Shown one piece after another: positions 7,454-14,277 of a stretch of DNA of 14,277 nt (positions within the stretch are counted from its first letter, which is position 1; every line of letters begins with the position of its first letter). The notes beneath the pieces were generated by a model. That model searched no databases, was not told the DNA's origin, and worked only from the letters and a program-made list of their open reading frames with translations. This DNA is from Candidatus Eiseniibacteriota bacterium. GTDB lineage: Bacteria > ARS69. Both the position numbers and the translations under genes were made by a program. The stretch lies in assembly GCA_052390515.1 (NCBI GenBank), contig JBQTGV010000222.1, forward strand, positions 1 to 14,277, read 5' to 3'.

Positions 7454-8679
7454 CCGAGCGCTCCGCGTTCCGCGAGAAAGGCCACGGTGGCGTCCGCCGC
7501 GCCTCCGAAGCTTTTCGCCGCATCCCACGCGGCGCGGCCGGAGCGGAGCGCCGCCGCCGGATCCGCGAGCAGCTCGGCCACGCGCTCGCCCAGCTCGCGC
7601 GCGGCTTGCACCCGAATCAGCCCGCCGCGGGCCTCGAGTCGGCCGACGGCAAGCTCGCAGCTCTCCGTGTGGGGTCCGACGAGGACGCTTCGCCCGCCCG
7701 CCGCCGCTTCCAGCGGGTTGTGTCCCCCGAAAGGGCGGAGCGTCCCTCCGACGAAGGCGCACCACGACCGCCGGTACGCGTCGGGAAGCACGCCCATCTC
7801 GTCGACGAGCAGGACGGACCACCCGTCGCCGGACGCCGGCTCGTCGCGGGCGGACCAGCGCCGAAGCGGAAGCCCCGCGCGCTCCACGAGGCGAGCCACC
7901 TCGTCGAATCGCTCCGGATGTCGTGGCGCCAGCACCAGCTCCCCCGACGGGACCTTGCCGCGCATCACCTGCAGTGCCTCCAGGATTTCCTTCTCCTCCC
8001 CGGGCCGCGTGCACGCCGCGGCCCAGCGCGGGCGGTCCTCCGGCGGAGCCGCCCAGGGCGGGACCTCGCGGTCGTCCTTCAGGTCCCCGATCGCGCGCAC
8101 CGCCGCAGCCGGAGCGCCGAGCCTCACGAAGCGCTCCGCGTCCGCCTCGCTGCGGGCGGCGACCGCGCGCACCCCCGCGAGCATCGCCCGTAGCAGCCCT
8201 CGCGCCGGGCGGTAGCGGCCCTCCGCCCGCGGCGAGAGCCGCGCCGAGGCCACTCCCCAGGGGATGCTCCGGCGGCCCAGCTCGAGCAGCAGGTTCGGCC
8301 AGAGCTCGGTCTCCAGGATCACGAGCGCCCGCGGGCGCACGCGGTCGAGGAACCTCGCGACCGGAACGGGTGCGTCGAGCGGCGCGTGCCATGGTCCGAG
8401 ATCGGGGCGAAGCTCCGCGGCGCGTGCCCTGCCGGTGCGGGTGACGGTTGTCACCGCGATCGGGCCGATGCGCGCGCGCCGCAGTGCCCGCACCAGGACC
8501 TCCGCGGCGGTCACCTCGCCGACGGAGGCGGCGTGGATCCACAGCGCGCCGGGCTGCACCGCGTCTCCGCGGCCGAGACGCTCGTCCAGCTCTGCTCGGC
8601 GCGAGCCCAGCAGCAGCTCGGGCACCCGCAGCGCGAGCCCCGCCGCCCAGACCGCGCGGTACAGGGCGAGCGACATCAT
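7450..8679 (-). CDS. waaA: 3-deoxy-D-manno-octulosonic acid (Kdo) transferase, 409 aa
   Basis: WIHAASVGE, ETELWPN, LAPRHPERF, VDEMGVL, FVGGTLRPFGGHNPLEAA; adjacent to lpxK. Confidence 0.93.
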   Translation of the reverse strand: MMSLALYRAVWAAGLALRVPELLLGSRRAELDERLGRGDAVQPGALWIHAASVGEVTAAEVLVRALRRARIGPIAVTTVTRTGRARAAELRPDLGPWHAPLDAPVPVARFLDRVRPRALVILETELWPNLLLELGRRSIPWGVASARLSPRAEGRYRPARGLLRAMLAGVRAVAARSEADAERFVRLGAPAAAVRAIGDLKDDREVPPWAAPPEDRPRWAAACTRPGEEKEILEALQVMRGKVPSGELVLAPRHPERFDEVARLVERAGLPLRRWSARDEPASGDGWSVLLVDEMGVLPDAYRRSWCAFVGGTLRPFGGHNPLEAAAGGRSVLVGPHTESCELAVGRLEARGGLIRVQAARELGERVAELLADPAAALRSGRAAWDAAKSFGGAADATVAFLAERGALG

Positions 8680-9368
8680 ACCGGGACGCGCCCCCAGCCG
8701 GCGGGAACGGGAGATCCCGCGGCGTACCCCAGAGCCTGTCGCTCCGCGGCGGCCATCTCCTCGGCGATGCGCGCGGCCGTTTCCTCAGCCGGCTCGCCGC
8801 TGGGGCGCACGGCGGGGCCGTACACCACCCAGACGCTCGCGAACGGGAGCGGGACGAGGAACCGGTCCCACGAGCGCGCCCGCCACGCGGGCCGCGCCGC
8901 GACCCCGACCGGCACGACCGGAAGATCGCCGCGGGACGAGGTGATCCACGTGCCCGGCGCCACCGAACCGCGCGGTCCGCGCGGACCGTCGGGCGTGATC
9001 GCCAGGTCGTGACCTTCGCGGGCCAGGGCGACCATCTCGGCGACGGCGCGCGCGCCTCCCCGGGTGCTCGAGCCGCGCACGGACCCGAACCCCAGCCGTG
9101 AGACCACGCGGGCGATGATCTCGCCGTCGCGGCTCTCGGAGATGAGCACGCGGACGTCGCGGGAGCGATGCGTGTACGAGAGCGGCAGGAGCACGCCGTG
9201 CGTGAACACGTACAGCACCGACCCGCACGCGCCGCGGGCCTGCTCCACGTTCTCGGGCTGCACGTGCCGGACGCGCCACGTCACGCCGAGCGCGAGCACC
9301 AGCAGATGGCCGGCTCGGAGCGCGAGGCTCGTCACCGGTCCGGCCACGAAGGCGCGCCACGCCTTCAT
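8676..9368 (-). CDS. DUF374 / lysophospholipid acyltransferase family protein, LpxJ-like candidate late lipid A acyltransferase, 230 aa
   Basis: C-terminal part of ORF 8676..10895. ATG at 9368 overlaps the lpxB stop, with SD GGAGG. Motifs: FTHG, LISESRDGEIIA, VRGSSTRGG, ITPDGPRGP, SWDRFLVPLPF. Confidence 0.85.
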   Translation of the reverse strand: MKAWRAFVAGPVTSLALRAGHLLVLALGVTWRVRHVQPENVEQARGACGSVLYVFTHGVLLPLSYTHRSRDVRVLISESRDGEIIARVVSRLGFGSVRGSSTRGGARAVAEMVALAREGHDLAITPDGPRGPRGSVAPGTWITSSRGDLPVVPVGVAARPAWRARSWDRFLVPLPFASVWVVYGPAVRPSGEPAEETAARIAEEMAAAERQALGYAAGSPVPAGWGRVPV

Positions 9369-10510
9369 CGCGACGCCTCCGCGAGCACGATCTCCGCAAC
9401 TCGCCGCGACGATCCGCGGCCGCCGAGCCTCTCCCGGAGCGCGCCCAGCCGTCGCGACGTCTCCGCCCGGCGCGCCGGGTCGGCGAGCAGCGCGCGGGCG
9501 TGCTCCGCGATCCGGTCGGCACGCACCTCCTCCTGCAGAAACTCGCGGGCCACGTCCTCCCCGGCTACGATGTTCACCAGGGCGATTCGCGGGATGCGCA
9601 CGAGCCGGCGCCCCAGGAACCAGGTCAGGGCGGACGTGCGGTACAGCACCGCGAGCGGCGTGCCGACGAGACCCGCCTCCAGCGTGGCCGTGCCGGAGGT
9701 GACCAGCAGCAGGTCGGCGGCGGCGCAGAGGGTGACCGCCGGCGCGTCGAGCAGCGCCGGTGGATCCGCGCTTGCGGCTGGCGCCAGCACGCGCGCGTAC
9801 TCCTCGCGGGGAACACCCTCCGCGGCGCTGGCCAGCACCCGCAACGCGGGGCCCGTGTCTTGCAGCTGCCTCGCCGCCTCTACCATCACCGGGAAGATAC
9901 GGCGAACCTCCTGGACGCGGCTCCCGGGCAGCAGCCCCAGGACGAGAGCGTCTTCGGGCAGGCCGAGCGCCCCTCGCGCGGCGCCGCGCGCCGGCCACGC
10001 TTCGATGCCGTCGAGCAGCGGGTGTCCGACGAACTCCACCGGGACGCCCGCCCGCTCGTAGATCTCCACCTCGAACGGCAGGATGACCAGCATGCGGTCC
10101 ACCGCACGGGCGATGCGTGGCACGCGGGACGCGCCCCAGGCCCACACCTGTGGTCCGATGTAGTAGACGACACGGATACCGCGGGTCTTCGCCGCCAGAG
10201 CCATGCGCAGGTTGAATCCGGGGTAGTCGACCGGCACGACCACGTCGGGCGGGTCGGTCTCCAGCAGCTCGACCAGTCTTCTCGCGAGGCGAAGGTGGCG
10301 AGGCACCTGCCGGACCACCTCGGCGAAGCCCATGGCACCCAGCTCGGCGATGTCCGCGAGAACCTCCGCGCCCGCCTCGCGCAGGCGAGGCCCGCCCACG
10401 GCACGGATGCGCACCTGCGGGTCGGCGCGGCGCAGCTCTCGCGCCAGGCCGCCGCCGGCGCGGTCGCCCGACGGCTCGCCGGTGAGGATCAGGACGGAGC
10501 GCGAGCCCAC
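9365..10510 (-). CDS. lpxB: Lipid-A-disaccharide synthase, 381 aa
   Basis: Within ORF 9365..11176; GTG at 10510 follows GGAGAGG. Motifs: LTGEPSGD, VDYPGFN, YYIGPQVWAW, ILPFE, FVGHPL, LLPGSR, SGTATLE, ALVNI. Confidence 0.95.
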   Translation of the reverse strand: MGSRSVLILTGEPSGDRAGGGLARELRRADPQVRIRAVGGPRLREAGAEVLADIAELGAMGFAEVVRQVPRHLRLARRLVELLETDPPDVVVPVDYPGFNLRMALAAKTRGIRVVYYIGPQVWAWGASRVPRIARAVDRMLVILPFEVEIYERAGVPVEFVGHPLLDGIEAWPARGAARGALGLPEDALVLGLLPGSRVQEVRRIFPVMVEAARQLQDTGPALRVLASAAEGVPREEYARVLAPAASADPPALLDAPAVTLCAAADLLLVTSGTATLEAGLVGTPLAVLYRTSALTWFLGRRLVRIPRIALVNIVAGEDVAREFLQEEVRADRIAEHARALLADPARRAETSRRLGALRERLGGRGSSRRVAEIVLAEASR

Positions 10511-11472
10511 GCGGTCCTCTCCATCGGCCCGGCCGCGGACCAGCGCGCCGCCCGCTCGTCGATGGCGTCCACGATGCGCCTCGCCAGCACGACCGACCGC
10601 GTGGCCTCGGCGGCGTCCGGGATGGGCGATGCCTCGCCGCGGCAGGCCCGGGCGAAGCTCTCCAGCTCGCAGACCAGCGGGTTGTGTCCCTCCGGAGCGC
10701 TGACCACAGCGCGGGAGACGCCGCCCGGCGCGGATCCGTCGCGTGAGAAGATCTCCGCCTGCTGCGCGCCCAGGTCGATCGATACGTACGCGTCCTGGTC
10801 GAAATAGCGCAGCTTGCGGATGGGCTCGCGGCTGACTCGACTGGCGGTGAGATTGACGAGCTCGCCCCCGTCGAATTCCAGACGCGCGTTGGCAATGTCC
10901 ACGCGATCGGTGAGCACGGGCACGCCGACGGCCTCCACGCGGACCGGCTCCGCGGCGAACAGCCGCAGCACGAGGTCGAGGTCGTGGATCATCAAGTCCA
11001 GCACGACGTCGACCTCGGTTCCCCGCGGATCGAAGGCCGCGAGGCGATGCCCCTCGACGAAGCGCGGGCGTCCCGGACGCGCCGGCAGCGCGAGGACGGC
11101 CCCGTTCCAGCGCTCCACGTGTCCGACGCGAAGGACGCGCCCGGCGGCGGCGGCGGCGCGCTCGAGCGCGCCGCACTCGGCGACGTTCGCGGCCAGCGGC
11201 TTCTCCACCAGGAGATGCCGCCCCGCTTCGAGGATCCCGACTCCGAGCTCCGCGTGACGATCGGTCGGCGCCGCGAGGACGACGGCGTCGCAGCGCTCCA
11301 GCAACTCGGGCAGCTCCGTGGTGAAGCGTACGCCCTGGCCCAGGCCTTCGCCGCGGGCGGGATCGACGTCACAGGCCGCGACCAGCCGGACGCCCTTCGC
11401 CGCGGCCGCGCAGCGGACATGGTGCCGGCCCATCTTGCCCAGGCCGAGGACGCCGAGGCGAAGGGGGTTCAC
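10489..11472 (-). CDS. Gfo/Idh/MocA family NAD-dependent oxidoreductase, GnnA-like (putative UDP-GlcNAc 3-dehydrogenase), 327 aa
   Basis: Rossmann GVLGLGKMG, LVEKP, VGHVERWN, DVVLDLMIHDLD, TASRVS. It lies between lpxA and lpxB, as gnnA does in Acidithiobacillus ferrooxidans. The family call is firm; the substrate is inferred. Confidence 0.85.
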   Translation of the reverse strand: MNPLRLGVLGLGKMGRHHVRCAAAAKGVRLVAACDVDPARGEGLGQGVRFTTELPELLERCDAVVLAAPTDRHAELGVGILEAGRHLLVEKPLAANVAECGALERAAAAAGRVLRVGHVERWNGAVLALPARPGRPRFVEGHRLAAFDPRGTEVDVVLDLMIHDLDLVLRLFAAEPVRVEAVGVPVLTDRVDIANARLEFDGGELVNLTASRVSREPIRKLRYFDQDAYVSIDLGAQQAEIFSRDGSAPGGVSRAVVSAPEGHNPLVCELESFARACRGEASPIPDAAEATRSVVLARRIVDAIDERAARWSAAGPMERTAWARAPS

Positions 11473-11494
11473 GGGCGTCCCGCGGGGCCCGACA

Positions 11495-12307
11495 CTAGCG
11501 GACGATGCCCCGATGCGAGGCGGCGATGAAGGACAGCAGATGCGCGATCTCCGCCACGCCGTCGTGCTCCTCGCGGATCCTCTCCACCGCCTGCGTCACG
11601 TTCAGCTGGGAGCGGTACAGCGTGCGGTACGCGTCCTTGAGCGCGCGCCGCACCTCCGGTGAGAACCCGTTCCGCTCCAGCCCCACCGTGTTGAGGCCCA
11701 CCACGCGCAGCGGGTTCCCCGCGGCCTTTAGATAGGGCGGCATGTCCTTGGGCAGGCGCGAGCCGCCACCGACGATGGCGAACCGCCCGATGCGCACGAA
11801 CTGGTGCACGGGTGTGACGCCGCCGACGATGGCGTGATCCTCCACCTCCACGTGCCCGGCCAGGTGCACGGAGTTCGCCAGGATCACGTGATCGTGGATG
11901 ACGCAGTCGTGGGCCACGTGCACGTACGCCATGAACAGGTTGTGGTCGCCGACGGCGGTCTCGTGCCCCTCCGCCGTGGCCCGGTTCACGGTGACGAACT
12001 CGCGGAACACGTTCGCCTCCCCGATGCGCACGGAGCTCACCGCGCCGTCGTACTTGAGGTCCTGCGGCACCCCACCGATCGCCGCGCAGTGATGGAAGTG
12101 GTTGGCGGGGCCGGCGACGAGCGGCCCGTCCAGGCGCACGTGCGAGTCCAGCACGCAGCCTCGCCCGAGCACCACCTCGGCCCCCACCACGCAGTACGGA
12201 CCGATCACGACATCCTCGGCCAGTCGCGCGTCGGGGTGGACGATCGCGGTCTCGTGGATGCGCGCGCGTCCGGCGACGACGCGCGAGGTCTGTCCTACGG
12301 TGGTCAT
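11495..12307 (-). CDS. lpxA: Acyl-ACP--UDP-N-acetylglucosamine O-acyltransferase, 270 aa
   Basis: C-terminal part of ORF 11495..13672; ATG at 12307 overlaps the lpxC/fabZ stop. Hexapeptide repeats ([11 protein letters not shown]), [44 protein letters not shown]. Confidence 0.96.
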   Translation of the reverse strand: MTTVGQTSRVVAGRARIHETAIVHPDARLAEDVVIGPYCVVGAEVVLGRGCVLDSHVRLDGPLVAGPANHFHHCAAIGGVPQDLKYDGAVSSVRIGEANVFREFVTVNRATAEGHETAVGDHNLFMAYVHVAHDCVIHDHVILANSVHLAGHVEVEDHAIVGGVTPVHQFVRIGRFAIVGGGSRLPKDMPPYLKAAGNPLRVVGLNTVGLERNGFSPEVRRALKDAYRTLYRSQLNVTQAVERIREEHDGVAEIAHLLSFIAASHRGIVR

Positions 12308-13632
12308 GGCCGCTCCCGGTCGACGACCTTCGAAAGGAGATCCGCCTCGGCGACCAGCTCGTCCCCCACGAACGCCAGGCCGCGCATCTTGCAGAACCCG
12401 GAGCGAAGCTTGAGCAGGGTCAGCTCGAAGCGCAGGGTGTCTCCCGGGAGCACCGGCCGCCGGAACTTCGCGTTGTCTATCCCGAGGAAGTACATGAGCT
12501 TCGTGTCGGGACGCTCCACCGTGTTGAGCAGCAGCACGCCGCCCGTCTGCGCCATGGCCTCGATGATCAGCACGGCCGGCATGATGGGGTGGCCGGGGAA
12601 GTGCCCCTGGAAGAATGGCTCGTTGATGGTGACCTGCTTGATGCCCACCACGCGCTCGCGGTCCACCAGCTCCACGATCCGGTCCACGAGCAGCATCGGA
12701 TAGCGATGCGGCATGATCTGCTGGATGTCGGTGATGTCCAGGGAGATGCTCTTCTGCCCCGGTTCCCGCCAGCGGAAGCTCTTCCGCGCCTCCTCCATGA
12801 TGCGCCGGACGAAGGCCACGTTGACGGCGTGGCCGCCGCGCACGCAGATGACGTGGCCCTTCACCGGCATGCCCAGCAGGGCGAGGTCGCCGATCAGGTC
12901 GAGTACCTTGTGGCGCACGAACTCGTTCTCGAAGCGCAGGGGCTCGGTGCTCTTGATTTCCTCCGCGGTGACGACGACCGCGTTGGACAGGCTCCCGCCC
13001 TTGATGAGTCCGGCCTTGCGCAGCGGCTCGACGTCCTCGGCCATGGCGAAGGTCCTCGCCGGCGCGATCTCCCGCGTGAACACGTCGCTGTCCAGCTCGA
13101 ACGAGGCGTACTGGGTGCCCACCAGCTTGTTGGGGTAGTCGATCGTGAACGTGACGCGAAGACCGTCGTGCGGCAGCAGGATGCGCTGCGTCCCGTTGCG
13201 CTGGAAGCTGATCGGCCGCGTCGTCTGATAGTAGTGGCGGAGATCCGGCAGGTCCAGGATCCCGGCGCTCTCCAGCGCGGCGATGAACGGCCTCGAGCTG
13301 CCGTCCGGCTCGCACGGCTCGGCCGAGCTGATCTCGATGTCGACGTTGTCGATGCCCAGCCCGGCCACCGCGGCGAGAACGTGCTCCACGGTTCCCACGC
13401 TGACCCTCCCGTCGTCGAGCGTCGTGCGGCGGGGATCCGACTCCGATACCTGGACGGCGAAGTCCACGCGCGCGGGCAGCGCCGGCCGCCCGGGGAGATC
13501 GACGCGGATGAAGCGGATTCCGGCGTTCGGCGCCGCCGGCACGAAACGCACCGTGGTCTCCGACCCGGTGTGCAGCCCGACGCCCCGCGTCTCCACGGGT
13601 CGGGCGATGGTGCGCTGGCGCTCCTGGATCAC
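12304..13632 (-). CDS. lpxC/fabZ: Bifunctional UDP-3-O-acyl-GlcNAc deacetylase / 3-hydroxyacyl-ACP dehydratase, 442 aa
   Basis: LpxC motifs: [47 protein letters not shown]. FabZ motifs: [48 protein letters not shown]. Confidence 0.96.
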   Translation of the reverse strand: MIQERQRTIARPVETRGVGLHTGSETTVRFVPAAPNAGIRFIRVDLPGRPALPARVDFAVQVSESDPRRTTLDDGRVSVGTVEHVLAAVAGLGIDNVDIEISSAEPCEPDGSSRPFIAALESAGILDLPDLRHYYQTTRPISFQRNGTQRILLPHDGLRVTFTIDYPNKLVGTQYASFELDSDVFTREIAPARTFAMAEDVEPLRKAGLIKGGSLSNAVVVTAEEIKSTEPLRFENEFVRHKVLDLIGDLALLGMPVKGHVICVRGGHAVNVAFVRRIMEEARKSFRWREPGQKSISLDITDIQQIMPHRYPMLLVDRIVELVDRERVVGIKQVTINEPFFQGHFPGHPIMPAVLIIEAMAQTGGVLLLNTVERPDTKLMYFLGIDNAKFRRPVLPGDTLRFELTLLKLRSGFCKMRGLAFVGDELVAEADLLSKVVDRERP

Positions 13633-14277
13633 GATCGCTTCTCGCCCTCGCTCGAGTCCCGCTCCAGCGCACGGAGCCTCCGTGCGATGTCCGGTACGCG
13701 CCGGAGCGCCGCCTCGGCGCGCAGCGACTCGTGATGAGGCCGCGCCGGGTAGCCCGAAACGGTCACGCCCGCGGGAACGTCCCCGATCACGCCGGCCTGT
13801 GCTCCGATCCGTGCGCCGTCACCGATGCGGATGTGGCCGACGAGCCCCGCCTGGCCGCCGAGTCGAACGCCCCGGCCGATCCGCGTACTGCCCGCCACCC
13901 CGCTCTGCGCGGCGAGCGCGCTGTGCTCCTCGATGGCGACATTGTGGGCGATCTGCACGAGGTTGTCAATTTTCGTGCCGTGCCCGATCCGGGTCCTGCC
14001 GAGCGTCGCGCGGTCGATGCATGCGTTCGCGCCGATCTCCACGTCGTCGCCGATCTCGACGATGCCGATCTGCGGAATCTTGGCGTACGCACCGTCCACG
14101 AACGCGTATCCGAAACCGTCCGAGCCGATCACCGCGCCCGCCTGCACGACCACGCGATCCCCCAGCGTGCATCCGCGGCCGACGAAGCAGTGCGGGTGCA
14201 GCACGCAGTCCGCGCCGATCCTGGCGTCGGGGCCGACGTACGCGCCCGCACCGACCGTGCTGCGCGTGCCGATCGTT
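13629..14277 (-). CDS. lpxD: UDP-3-O-(3-hydroxyacyl)glucosamine N-acyltransferase, 5'-truncated by the window edge
   Basis: The frame stays open to the edge ([28 protein letters not shown]...). Motifs: [48 protein letters not shown]. Confidence 0.95.
   Translation of the reverse strand, partial: TIGTRSTVGAGAYVGPDARIGADCVLHPHCFVGRGCTLGDRVVVQAGAVIGSDGFGYAFVDGAYAKIPQIGIVEIGDDVEIGANACIDRATLGRTRIGHGTKIDNLVQIAHNVAIEEHSALAAQSGVAGSTRIGRGVRLGGQAGLVGHIRIGDGARIGAQAGVIGDVPAGVTVSGYPARPHHESLRAEAALRRVPDIARRLRALERDSSEGEKRS

Noticed and set aside
12304..13632. lpxC-fabZ fusion as a novelty
   Set aside because: This fusion is well known in Bacteroidota, Chlorobi and related phyla. It is useful only as a taxonomic hint.
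6416..13672. Long ORFs 6416..8542, 8676..10895, 9365..11176 and 11495..13672 as N-terminally extended proteins or frameshift fusions
   Set aside because: Stop codons are rare in off-frames of high-GC DNA. Each gene has its own coupled or SD-supported start, and no slippery sequence is evident.
8..13734. Numerous plus-strand ORFs (e.g. 729..2195, 3087..4370, 9500..10807, 12589..13734)
   Set aside because: They are antisense shadows of well-supported minus-strand genes and contain no recognisable motifs.
1..14277. CRISPR arrays, tRNA/rRNA, transposases, prophage or defence genes
   Set aside because: Nearly all bases are assigned to CDSs, the largest gap is 84 nt, and I saw no spaced direct repeats or such protein motifs.

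Overview
Very GC-rich bacterial DNA that is almost entirely coding on the minus strand. It holds one tightly packed lipid A/LPS gene cluster, read from the right end: lpxD (5'-truncated), fused lpxC/fabZ, lpxA, a Gfo/Idh/MocA oxidoreductase (GnnA-like position), lpxB, a DUF374 (LpxJ-like) acyltransferase, waaA/kdtA, lpxK, nadB, a small Minf_1886-like protein, a divergent GT9 glycosyltransferase, an MsbA-like ABC exporter, a WaaF/WaaC-like GT9, and the start of one more gene at the left edge. Several long ORFs in the supplied track are upstream extensions of real genes, so I reassigned starts using ATGA/GTGA overlaps and Shine-Dalgarno motifs. The lpxC/fabZ fusion plus this gene content suggests an FCB/PVC-related diderm such as a Gemmatimonadota- or Eisenbacteria-like lineage (inference only). 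I see no RNA genes, transposases or CRISPR. This is mainly housekeeping envelope biosynthesis, and I cannot support a clearly new system. The best leads are: nadB plus an uncharacterised protein embedded in the LPS operon; a GnnA-like gene with no GnnB and no LpxH/I/G; motif-divergent GT9 and LpxK; and a few small cis features.
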